DNA of 19,477 nucleotides from Candidatus Methylomirabilota bacterium. Lineage in GTDB: Bacteria > Methylomirabilota > Methylomirabilia > Rokubacteriales > CSP1-6. Below the pieces are notes generated by a model that searched no databases, was not told the DNA's origin, and saw only the letters and a list, made by a program, of their open reading frames with translations. Shown piece after piece: positions 7,768-16,314 of this stretch (the stretch's first letter is position 1; each line of letters begins with the position of its first letter). The position numbers and the translations under genes are program-made. The DNA lies in the NCBI GenBank assembly GCA_046726415.1, contig JBKPAK010000106.1, positions 1-19,477 of the forward strand, read 5' to 3'.

Positions 7768-8622
7768 CTAGTACTCGGCGATCTCGTCGGTGGTGGCCTG
7801 CCACACCCCATCGTGGGCCATGATGTAGTCGAGGACCTCGGCCAGGTACTTCACCCGGTGGGGCCGGCCCATCACGTACGGATGGAAGGCGATGCACATG
7901 AGCCGCCCGTTCTCGGCGCCCTCCCGGTAGAGCTGATCGAACTGGGCCTTGCAGATCTTGGCGTAGTAATCCCCCTCGTAGTGATGGCGCATGAGCGGGG
8001 CGTCGTTCAGCTCCGAGGTGTAGGGGATGCAGATCAGCCGGCCCGACCGCACCTTGATGGGCAGCGGGTGGTCGTCGATCTTCCAGTCGGTCTGGTAGAC
8101 GAAGCCCACCTCGGCCAGGATGTCGGGCGTGCGCTCCGTGTTCGAGCCGGCGGGGCCCGACTGGCCCCGGAGCTCGCGACCGGTGAGACGCCTGAAAGTC
8201 TCGCGACAGCGCGCGAAGAACTCCCGCTCCTGCTCCTCGGAGAAGCTCGTGACGTAGCGGGTGTTGTAGAAGCCGTGGTTCACAAACGTCCACGCACGCG
8301 CGAGCATGGCCTCGGCGATCTCCGGGAAATGCTGCAGCACGCCGACGTTCAGGGTGGTCAAGCAGCGGATCTGGTGCCGGTCCAGCACCTCAAGCAGCCG
8401 CCAGAACCCCACCCGGTTGCCGTACTCGTGGTTTGAGTACTGCTGCACGTCGGGAAGTGGAGTGCGGGGCCACGGATTGCGCACGCCGTCCAGCGGGGGG
8501 AGATACTCGTAGTGCTCGATGTTGGGGGCGACCCAGAAGGCCACCCGGGCGTTTCCCGGCCACCGGATGACCGGCCGGTCGATCATGGGAAGGTAGTCGA
8601 CCCGATTCGGCGGTAAGGGCAT
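7768..8622 (-). CDS. Polysaccharide deacetylase family protein (PuuE-like)
   Basis: ATG at 8622; WPGNARVAFWVAPNIEHYE, EYGNRVGFWR, NHGFY, DDHP, PYTSELND and FHPYVMGRPHR. Ends at EIAEY-TAG, possibly a few residues short. Confidence 0.88.
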   Translation of the reverse strand: MPLPPNRVDYLPMIDRPVIRWPGNARVAFWVAPNIEHYEYLPPLDGVRNPWPRTPLPDVQQYSNHEYGNRVGFWRLLEVLDRHQIRCLTTLNVGVLQHFPEIAEAMLARAWTFVNHGFYNTRYVTSFSEEQEREFFARCRETFRRLTGRELRGQSGPAGSNTERTPDILAEVGFVYQTDWKIDDHPLPIKVRSGRLICIPYTSELNDAPLMRHHYEGDYYAKICKAQFDQLYREGAENGRLMCIAFHPYVMGRPHRVKYLAEVLDYIMAHDGVWQATTDEIAEY

Positions 8623-8713
8623 GGGCGGTGGTGGGCAACGGTAGCGCCACGGCCCGGGGTGGTCAAGGATCTCCGGGAGGCGCCGGGGCCGACGCCATGC
8701 GGATCCTGCCCCC

Positions 8714-8850
8714 ATGTTCTACGCCGAGATCGTCGAGTCGCTCGGCAGCGACGACGGCCGCGGAGTCGTCTGGCCCTCGACGCCCTGCGCGCCAAGGGTC
8801 AGCTCGGCCGCGACGGCCGTTGCCACCTGGTCGCCGCGCCGCCCGGCTCG
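8714..8850 (+). pseudogene. Possible frameshifted small winged-helix-like protein
   Basis: MFYAEIVESLGSDDGRGVV continues after a 1-nt shift at ~8770 as LALDALRAKGQLGRDGRCHL. Pattern recognition only. Confidence 0.3.
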
Positions 8851-8890
8851 CCTAGGCCGGGCCGAAGCCTTCGGCGGAGGCCACGCGCCC

Positions 8891-9394
8891 CTACGCTGCG
8901 CGCTCCGTGTGGAAAAGGCGCCCCAGGCCCGCGATGGGCTCGATGATCTCGAGCCGGCGTGGGGCCGCCCAGAGCACGGCCTGATTGCTGTTCACCACGG
9001 GCTTCTCGAGGCGCCGCTCGACGTCCTCGATGGCGTCGATCATGGTCGTCGCCGTGCAGCTCAGGAAGTAGCCGTCGGCCTCGGCCCGGCGATTCTCGAC
9101 CGTCAGGTCGGCCCATTGCCAGGGGGTGATCCGCAGAAACTCGTCGCCGTCGCCCATGAGGCCGAGCCCTAGGTCGGGCACGACCTCGTAGCCCGCCTCG
9201 CCGAGGAAGGCGATCTCGCGCTCGTTGGTGGCCTTCACCTACGGGCTGATGAGCACGAGCTTCCGGAGCCGGAGCCGGGCGAGCGCTTCCTTGACGGCCA
9301 GGCCCGTGGTGAGGGCGCGACAGCCGCTGGCCTTCTCGATGAGCTCCAGGATGCGCGCCTCGCCGGCCTGGCCCTCCGCCATGGAGTTGCCCAT
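8891..9394 (-). pseudogene. Maleate cis-trans isomerase / arylmalonate decarboxylase-like (Asp/Glu racemase superfamily), 5'-truncated with an in-frame TAG
   Basis: NSMAEG...AVKEALARL...LVLISP-TAG(9241-9239)-VKATNERE...FLSCTA...KPVVNSNQA...GLGRLF. The first catalytic Cys region is absent. Confidence 0.82.
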
Positions 9395-9484
9395 CACTCT
9401 TCAATAGCCACCGCCCGCGCTACGAGAACAGAGACCGGAGGCGCTCCTGCGCGGCTGGCGCCACTCCCGTAGAATCACCGGGAG

Positions 9485-12400
9485 ATGCCGACCTGTGCCG
9501 GTTGCGGCTCCGAGGCCTCGTCCACATTCGCGTTCTGCCCGCGATGTGGGCGCCGGCTGCCCAGCCCTTGCGGCGCGTGTGGCTTCACGTGCGAGCCCGA
9601 CTTCGCGTTCTGTCCCCGCTGCGGGGCCGCGCGAGACCCGGGCAACGCGCCGCCCCCCGTGGCGCCGGCGGCCCCGGTCGAGCCCAGGAAAGCACCGGCC
9701 TCAGCGCGACCAGACGGCGCCGGTCGAGAGGCCGACCGCCGCCAGGTGACGGTGCTGTTCGCGGATCTCTCCGGGTTCACGGCGCTCGCCGAGCGGCTCG
9801 ATCCCGAAGACGTGCGCGCGTTCCAGGGCGCGTTGTTCGAAACGCTGGCCGGGGCAATCACGCGCTATGACGGCTTCGTCGAGAAGTTCGTGGGCGATGC
9901 CGTGCTGGCGGTCTTCGGCGCGCCGGTCGCGCACGAGGACGATCCGGCCCGCGCCTGCGACGCGGCGCTAGACATGCTCGAACGCAGCGGGACGCTGAGC
10001 GACGAGTGGGCGGGGCGCCTCGGCCAGCCCGTCACCCTCCACGTGGGAATCCACACCGGTCCCGTGGTAGCCGGGGATCTCGGCGGGGCCGCGGGCGCCG
10101 CGTACGCCGTGACGGGCGACACCGTGAATACGACGGCGCGCCTCCTCGCGGCCGCCGCCCCCGGGATCATTCTCGTGTCGGAGGCCACTCAGGCCTTCGC
10201 CCACCACCGTTTCGCGTTCGAGCCAGCGGGCGGGCTAGCGCTTCGCGGTAAGGCGGAGTCGATCGTCGCTCATCGCCTTCTCGGCGCCTTGGCCCAGCCT
10301 CGATCGGCCCGAGGGCTCACGGCGCTCGGCTTGACCGCGCCGCTCGTGGGACGGACCAGCGAGCTCGATCAGCTCCTGGCCGCGTTCGATCGGATGCAGC
10401 GCGGGCGGGCTCAGGTCGTGAGCGTCGTCGGCGAGGCGGGCACGGGCAAGTCACGGCTCATCGCCGAGCTGCTGGCGCGGCTCGACGCCGACGGACGCCT
10501 CGCCGGCACAGCCGTGCGCCGGGCCGCGTGCTCTTCCCTGGGCGAGCCGACCCACGGCCTCTTCGGCGCGCTCTTCCGGGAGGCGTACAAGGTCGATCCC
10601 GCCGACTCGCTCGACGTCGCCCGGCAGAAGCTGGCCGCCGGTCTCCGCGCGCTGGGCGCGCGGGACGAGGAGGCGGAGGCCATCGCGCCCGTCTTGAGCT
10701 ACGTACTCGGGATGGAGAAGGGCACGCGCTCCGACATCGAGCCCGAACAGCTCCAGCGCCAGATCGCGCTGGCCGCGCGCGCCCTGGTCGAGCGGCGCCT
10801 CGAGAACGAGCCCTTGATGATCCTCGTCGAGGATCTGCACTGGGCGGACGCCGCGTCGGTGGATCTGTTGCGCCACGTGGCCGATCATCTAGCTGACCGG
10901 CCGCTGATGCTTCTGCTCACGCACCGGCCCGAGACGAGGCCGCCGCTCGTGGCCCGGGCGGCGCAATCGGTCATCCAGCTCGCCCCGCTCTCCTCGGGAG
11001 AGACGCGCGAGCTGGTCTCCGGGCTGTTCGGCGCGTCGCTCGGCGAAGGCCTGGAGCATCTTCAAGAGTTCGTCGCCACCCGGGCCGGCGGCAACCCGTT
11101 CTTCGTCGAGGAGATCCTTCGAAGCCTCGTGGGCAAGGGCGTCCTCGTGCGACAGGCCGATCGGTGGGCCTGCACCACGGCGTACGAGGCGGTCGAGGTC
11201 CCGCCAACGCTCCACGGGCTGCTCCTCTCGCGCGTCGATCGGCTGCCGGCCGACGCGCGGCGGCTGCTCCAGGAGGCCGCCGTGGTCGGGGCGGTCTTCG
11301 ACGGGGCGCTCCTGCGCGCCATCGCGGCGGGCTCGGCGGCCACCGAGGCCGCGCTCGAGCGGCTGGTCGAGGCCGATCTCATCCAGGCGGTCGGGCACTG
11401 GCGCGAAGGAGGCCAGTATCGCTTCACCCACGCCCTCGTGCACGAGGTGGTCTATCAGAATCTGCTGCTGGCAAGCCGGACCGAGCTCCACGAGCGGGTC
11501 GGGCGGGCGCTCGAGCGCTCCGCCGGTCCGCGGCCCGAGCGGCTCTCCGATCTGGAAGCCCTCGGCCACCACTGGAGCCTCAGCGCGGACCGGCCCAAAG
11601 GCGCCCGCTACCTGCTGGCGGCCGGCGATTGGGCGCGCGCGGTCTACGCGAACGAGGACGCAATTCGCCACTACGAGCGCACCCTGGGGGTCCTTCGCGA
11701 GTGCCACGCCGGCGACGCCGAGCAACGCGCCGTGCGCGAGCGGCTCGCCGATCTGCGGGGGCTCACCGGCCGGCGCGCAGAGGCCCTCGCCCACTACGAG
11801 GCCTTACGCCAGGAGCTCGAGGCGGTCGGCGACCGGGGGGGCGCCGCGCGCGTGCTCCGGAAGATCGGCGGGCTCCACTGGGAGGCCGGCGACCGCGAGC
11901 GAGCGGCAGCCTGCTTCGCGGCGGGCCTCGAACTGATCGGCGAGGACGGCGACCCGATCGAACGCGGTCACCTCTTTCAGGAGATGGGGCGCCTCGCGTT
12001 TCGCGCCGGTGACAATGCGGGCGCCATCGCCTGGGCCGAGCGGGCGCTGGCGGAAGCGGGGCCCGAGGAGGAGGCCGCCGCCGAGCCCGAGCGGGTTCGC
12101 GAGGCCGCCGCGATGCGCGCGCACGCCTACAACACGCTGGGCGTCGCACTCGCCCGAACGGGGCGCCCGGCCGAGGCGGTCGGCCAGATCGAGCGCAGCA
12201 TCGCGCTGGCCGAGGCGCGCGAGCTACCGCAGGCGGCCTGTCGAGGCTACACGAACCTCGGCGTGCTCTATAGCTCGCACGATCCGCAGCGGAGCATCGA
12301 GACGTGCCTGCGCGGGCTCGAGACCGCGAAGAAGGTGGGCGACCTCGGCTTCCAGTCGCGCCTGTACGCGAATCTCGCCGTGGCCTATTGCGCGCTCACG

Positions 12401-12748
12401 GACCGGTGCGAGGCGGAGGGCGTCGAGGCTGCGCAGGCGGCCATCGACCTCGATCGGCGGCTGGGGCTGCTCGATCACCTGGCGGTCCCGCTGATCATCC
12501 TCGGCCAGATTCACCAGTGCCACGGCGAGCATGCCAAAGCGTTCGCCATGTACGAGGAGGCCCTGCGCCTGGCCGAGCAGGTCGGCGAGGCCCAGCTTCT
12601 CTTCCCATGCTACGACGGCCTGGCCACGCTCTATCTCGACGCCGGCAATCAACCCCAGGCCGAGACCTACCTCGCCAAGGCGCAGGAAGTGTGCGAGCGG
12701 GCCGGAGTCGAGCCCGACGCGCTGATGGTGCTACCCTTCCTCTGCTAG
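9485..12748 (+). CDS. Double zinc ribbon + class III adenylate/guanylate cyclase + AAA (STAND-like) ATPase + TPR protein
   Basis: Four CxxC pairs; VLFADLSGFT, EKFVGDAV, GIHTG and GDTVNTTARL; Walker A GEAGTGKS; Walker B VEDLHWAD; GGNPFFVEE; TPR-like helical repeats. TAGAAT at 9470-9475 upstream. Confidence 0.93.
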   Translation: MPTCAGCGSEASSTFAFCPRCGRRLPSPCGACGFTCEPDFAFCPRCGAARDPGNAPPPVAPAAPVEPRKAPASARPDGAGREADRRQVTVLFADLSGFTALAERLDPEDVRAFQGALFETLAGAITRYDGFVEKFVGDAVLAVFGAPVAHEDDPARACDAALDMLERSGTLSDEWAGRLGQPVTLHVGIHTGPVVAGDLGGAAGAAYAVTGDTVNTTARLLAAAAPGIILVSEATQAFAHHRFAFEPAGGLALRGKAESIVAHRLLGALAQPRSARGLTALGLTAPLVGRTSELDQLLAAFDRMQRGRAQVVSVVGEAGTGKSRLIAELLARLDADGRLAGTAVRRAACSSLGEPTHGLFGALFREAYKVDPADSLDVARQKLAAGLRALGARDEEAEAIAPVLSYVLGMEKGTRSDIEPEQLQRQIALAARALVERRLENEPLMILVEDLHWADAASVDLLRHVADHLADRPLMLLLTHRPETRPPLVARAAQSVIQLAPLSSGETRELVSGLFGASLGEGLEHLQEFVATRAGGNPFFVEEILRSLVGKGVLVRQADRWACTTAYEAVEVPPTLHGLLLSRVDRLPADARRLLQEAAVVGAVFDGALLRAIAAGSAATEAALERLVEADLIQAVGHWREGGQYRFTHALVHEVVYQNLLLASRTELHERVGRALERSAGPRPERLSDLEALGHHWSLSADRPKGARYLLAAGDWARAVYANEDAIRHYERTLGVLRECHAGDAEQRAVRERLADLRGLTGRRAEALAHYEALRQELEAVGDRGGAARVLRKIGGLHWEAGDRERAAACFAAGLELIGEDGDPIERGHLFQEMGRLAFRAGDNAGAIAWAERALAEAGPEEEAAAEPERVREAAAMRAHAYNTLGVALARTGRPAEAVGQIERSIALAEARELPQAACRGYTNLGVLYSSHDPQRSIETCLRGLETAKKVGDLGFQSRLYANLAVAYCALTDRCEAEGVEAAQAAIDLDRRLGLLDHLAVPLIILGQIHQCHGEHAKAFAMYEEALRLAEQVGEAQLLFPCYDGLATLYLDAGNQPQAETYLAKAQEVCERAGVEPDALMVLPFLC

Positions 12749-12757
12749 GAGCCTGAC

Positions 12758-13414
12758 ATGACGAACGCTGACCCGCGCCCCCCGGTGTCACCCGGCGAAC
12801 CGGCGCCCGAGTTCACCTTGCCGGCCGTGGACGGGAAAAACCAGGTGTCGCTGTCGGACTATCGGGGGCAGAGCCCGGTCTTTCTCGCTCTCCTCCTCGG
12901 GCTATGGTGCCCCTTCTGCCGACGGCAGATCGCGCACATGGGAGCCACCGAGGCGAAGCTCAAGGGGATCGGGGTGGAGTCGCTCGGGATCGTGGCCACT
13001 GCGCCGGAGAACGCCCAGCTCTACTTCAAGTTCCGCCCGACCCGCCTGCGGCTGGCCGCCGACCCCGAGCTCACCACGCACCGCGCGTATCGGCTGCCGA
13101 GGCCCGCCGCGACCCCGGAGCTCATGAACTCGCTCGAGACCACGCGAATCAATCCCAACGGCGAGTTTCCCGAGCCGCTGCCGATCGTGCAGGCCGTCGC
13201 CGCCGTCGCCAAGGCCGACGGGTACGCCCAGAACGACACCGACAGCGCCGACATGCAGCGCCAGTTCCCCCAGCTCAAGGGGCAGTTCCTGATCGACCGC
13301 GACGGCATCGTGCGCTGGGCCAACATCGAGTGCGCGACCGAGGGGCTGGCCGGTCTCGGCAAGTTCCCGTCCGACGAGGAGATCGTGGCCGCAGCGCAAA
13401 CCCTGCGACGCTGA
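12758..13414 (+). CDS. AhpC/TSA (redoxin) family protein with CxxC
   Basis: PGEPAPEFTLP, VSLSDYRG, WCPFC and FLIDRDGIVRW; starts 9 nt after the cyclase stop with an AGGAG RBS. Confidence 0.88.
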   Translation: MTNADPRPPVSPGEPAPEFTLPAVDGKNQVSLSDYRGQSPVFLALLLGLWCPFCRRQIAHMGATEAKLKGIGVESLGIVATAPENAQLYFKFRPTRLRLAADPELTTHRAYRLPRPAATPELMNSLETTRINPNGEFPEPLPIVQAVAAVAKADGYAQNDTDSADMQRQFPQLKGQFLIDRDGIVRWANIECATEGLAGLGKFPSDEEIVAAAQTLRR

Positions 13415-13456
13415 TCGCGCGAGAGTACAAAGGGTGAACCCGCAGGGGCGAGGCGG

Positions 13457-13897
13457 GTGAAGAAGCGGACGAGCGATCCCTGGATCCCGGCTGACCGGTA
13501 CGGCCGCATGCTGCCGGCTTTCATGGCCAACCTCCTTGTCCGCGACGTCGCGCGGGCGATCCCGTTCTACCGCGATGTGCTTTGCGGGGCGGTCCACTAT
13601 TCTGATCCCGATTTCGCCGCCATCAAGGTCGGGGGGGTGGAGCTGATGCTTCACGCCGATCACACCTACGACAAGCACCCGTGGCATCCGCGCCTCGTCG
13701 CCGACGAGCGGCGAGGGCTCGGCGCCGAGCTGCGACTCTTCGGCATGGACCCCGATGCCGTCGAGGCGCGCGCGCGGCGCGCGGGCGCGACCGTCGTCCA
13801 GCCCTCGGCCACAAGGGGCCATGGCTGGCGCGAGGTCATGGTCGAAGATGTGGACGGCTACCTCTGGGCGGTCGGCATCCCCGCGGAGAAGCCATGA
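13457..13897 (+). CDS. VOC/glyoxalase family protein
   Basis: NLLVRDVARAIPFYRDVL, DPDAVEARARRAGA and HGWRE..VEDVDGYLW. Confidence 0.85.
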   Translation: MKKRTSDPWIPADRYGRMLPAFMANLLVRDVARAIPFYRDVLCGAVHYSDPDFAAIKVGGVELMLHADHTYDKHPWHPRLVADERRGLGAELRLFGMDPDAVEARARRAGATVVQPSATRGHGWREVMVEDVDGYLWAVGIPAEKP

Positions 13898-13949
13898 GCG
13901 GCCGCCCCCTGACGCTCATCCTAAGAACACCGCGTTCCCGGAACCGTAC

Positions 13950-14218
13950 CTACCTGCCGCCGGACATCTGGTTGTACAACCACGCCCACGCGTAGCCGAA
14001 CACCCACACGAAAACAAAGGACCGCCACCAGGGTCCCGACGAAAACCACTCACCGGGAGTTGCTGCGGCAAGAGAGATGCAACACCGGCCCCGAGGTACT
14101 GCGCGTTGAAGAGAAATCGGAAAGTGTCACGCGAGACGATCGCCAAGAGGCACAGAACGATGTAGGAAACTCCGGTCAGGATCGTGAGCGAGTTCGCAAA
14201 GGCAGGTTCCTTTAACAT
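13950..14218 (-). pseudogene. Small membrane protein (DUF5676-like) with two 1-nt insertions in T runs
   Basis: GGAGG RBS. MLKEPAFANSLTILTGVSYIVLCLL...LFNAQYLGA, then GFVGTLVAVL and VFVWVFGYAWAWLYNQ in successive frames; TAG at 13952-13950. Confidence 0.6.
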
Positions 14219-14296
14219 TGGCCTCCCCCTCCCCCAATTCCCGCACGAATCGTCCCGAAGCTTTTGCCACTTCTAGTCTCTCCTTGGCCGCTGGCC

Positions 14297-14530
14297 CTAA
14301 TAGAGCCCGGGGATCAGCCGAGACCTGCGGCGGCAGTAGGCATCGTGCTCGTCACCGAACTGCGTCCGCAGCAGCGTCTCTTCCGCGCGCATGCGCGCGA
14401 GGAGCAGCGGGAGCACCAAGAATGCGACCGTCAGGGCAATTAGGTGGGCGCGGGAAGAAAGCGGCACACCCGCCCCAACCGAGGACGGCAAGTTGGAAAA
14501 AGCCGGTATGACCGCCGCCCAGAGAGCCAC
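14297..14530 (-). pseudogene. Isoprenylcysteine carboxyl methyltransferase-family membrane protein, internally deleted and frameshifted
   Basis: N-terminal-type LAVLGWGGCAAFF...LIALTV joined directly to the C-terminal LARMRAEETLLRTQFGDEHDAYCRRRSRLIPGLY; the central region is absent. Confidence 0.7.
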
Positions 14531-14538
14531 GTGGCGTC

Positions 14539-15231
14539 TTGAGCTTTCCCTTTCTCTTCAAGGACCGGGCGCACGCCAACCGCACGCTGGCGGATCCCGC
14601 CATCGCCCAAAAGATGGCCTCGCTGCTGGCGCCCAAGGGCATCGTCGGGTGCGGCCTGCTAGCCAGCGCCGACGTCCGCTACATGACGCGACCTCCGCTC
14701 CGCAGGCTTGCGGACTTCGAGGGCAAGAAGCTGCGGATCAACGGCACCGACGCGGAGCGGGAGCGCTTCCGGAGACTCGGGGCGACATCCATTGCCATGA
14801 ATCTCCCCGACATGCTCACTGCGCTGCAGAACCGGACGATCGACGGGTCGGGAAGCGGCATGTCGATCTGGATCAACTTCAACCTCGAGACCATTTCCAA
14901 GGACCTGCTGCAGACAGAGGACACGCTGATCGTGTCCTATTGCGCGCTGAGCAAGCGATGGCTCGACACACTGCCGGGGGACCTGCGGGAGATGGTCATC
15001 ACCGAGAGCCGGGCCATCTACCCGCGGGGCGTCAAGATCTCCGACGAGTTCATGGCCAGCCTGACCAAGAAGTGGGAAGACCGGGGCGGAAAGATCAACC
15101 GCCTGTCCGACGGCGAGATGAAAGTGGTACGGGACAAGTTCGCCACCGTCGGCACGACCATCACGGAGGGCAAGCCCGAGTTGCGGGCGGCCTACAACGA
15201 GTTGCGGGCAGCCAGCGAAAGAACCCCGTAG
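14539..15231 (+). pseudogene. dctP: TRAP transporter substrate-binding protein (DctP family), 5'-truncated
   Basis: PFLFKD..HA, LADFEGKKLRI, LGA..IAM...LQNRTIDG and KRWLDTLPGDLR. No signal peptide, no RBS and no dctQM nearby. Confidence 0.8.
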
Positions 15232-15248
15232 CCGGGTCGAGCCCGGCT
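15230..15248. terminator. GC-rich hairpin between convergent stops
   Basis: AGCCGGG-tcgag-CCCGGCT, 7-bp stem; no U tract. Confidence 0.3.
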
Positions 15249-15361
15249 CACGACGCACCGGGCCGGCGCGCGGCCCCCGGGCGAAGCGCCTCGAACGCCA
15301 CCGCCGCATTGAGCAACAGTGCGTCCTCCAGGCGCCGGCGGCCGACGATCTGCCGGCCAGC
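15248..15361 (-). pseudogene. C-terminal remnant of an amidase
   Basis: AGRQIVGRRRLEDALLLNAAVAFEALRPGAARRPGAS* matches the amidase tail pattern; compare GLQIAGRPFAEARVLKAV in the amidase at 2003-3424. Confidence 0.65.
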
Positions 15362-15379
15362 GTGCCGGCTGCTGGAGTG

Positions 15380-15853
15380 CTACGAGACCTGGACGGCTCC
15401 TAGATCGTAGGGCGCCATCCCCGCGCGCCCCTGCCGCATGAATTCCAGGGCCGCGCCCGGGGGCATCGCGTCGTAATAGACTTCCAGGCGGTTTCCTTCG
15501 GGATCATGGAGGTAGAGGCTTCGGCTTACCCCGTGGTCGGCGGTCAGTTCGACTTGAACCCCCCTCGCCTTCAGCTGGTGGTATAGCTGCGCCAATTCGC
15601 TCTCGCCACCATCGATCACCAGGGCCGTGTGGCTGAACCCGGCATTCCCCACGGGCGCATCCTGAGGCACCTTGATCAAGGCGATGTCGTGGTGGTTGGT
15701 GCCGAATGAGAGGAATGCCATTTCCAACCCATGCGCGGGATCGGAGTAGTAATTGACGAGCTCCATCCCCAAGGTGTCGGCGTAGAATTTCGCCGACGTC
15801 TCGGGATTGTGGACGGCAAGGACGACGTGGCCTACCTTGCTGATCTTCGGCAT
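15380..15853 (-). CDS. VOC family protein (extradiol dioxygenase/glyoxalase-like)
   Basis: GGAGG RBS; VGHVVL, FYADTLG, HHDIAL, HTAL and DHGVSRSLYLHDPEGNRLE with metal ligands present. Confidence 0.9.
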   Translation of the reverse strand: MPKISKVGHVVLAVHNPETSAKFYADTLGMELVNYYSDPAHGLEMAFLSFGTNHHDIALIKVPQDAPVGNAGFSHTALVIDGGESELAQLYHQLKARGVQVELTADHGVSRSLYLHDPEGNRLEVYYDAMPPGAALEFMRQGRAGMAPYDLGAVQVS

Positions 15854-16118
15854 GGCGATTCCTCCGACTGCGCGTTGGGGTCATCGCTAGGCCAGGCCGG
15901 GACCCGGCCCACAACGTCCAGGGCTGACTACCGGCCCGCCGATTTGCCACCAGGCCCACCGGGTATCACCGCGATGATTGTCTGTCAAGGCACAGCCCGA
16001 CGAGTCTTGCTCGCGCGCCCACCTGGGGAGCCGGCTGGCCCGGAGCCCTTCGCCGAGCGCAGCCGCCCCCGCCGGTTACCCGGCTCCCGTCACGATCGCC
16101 GGCACCTCGCGGCTTTGA

Positions 16119-16314
16119 TTCATCATTGACCATCTGGGCATCATGCAGCCCCGCACGCCGCCGGCCCCGCCGCAGCCCTTGGGCCGACCTGCCGAAGGTG
16201 CTGGACCTCGCCAAGCGCTCGAACGTGGTGATCAAGGTCAGCGGCGCCTGCACGCTGTCCCGGGAACCGTATCCGTTCCCGGACATCTGGGACCCGCTCG
16301 CCCGCGTGTTCGAC
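16119..16314 (+). pseudogene. Internal fragment of an amidohydrolase_2 family (lactonase-like) gene, frameshifted
   Basis: FIIDHLGIMQP...PPQP, a 1-nt shift at ~16178, then WADLPKVLDLAKRSNVVIKVSG...PYPFPDIWDPLARVFD. Confidence 0.72.

Noticed and set aside
7768-7770. Pyrrolysine or TAG recoding
   Set aside because: The downstream part lacks its N-terminal third, other genes here terminate at TAG, and no pyl genes are visible.
12758-13414. Redoxin as a second selenoprotein
   Set aside because: Both motif positions are TGC; its only in-frame TGA is at the natural C-terminus.
15960-15990. Minus-strand TTGACA as the promoter of the VOC gene
   Set aside because: No convincing -10 at 16-18 nt spacing (TACCCG at 17 nt).
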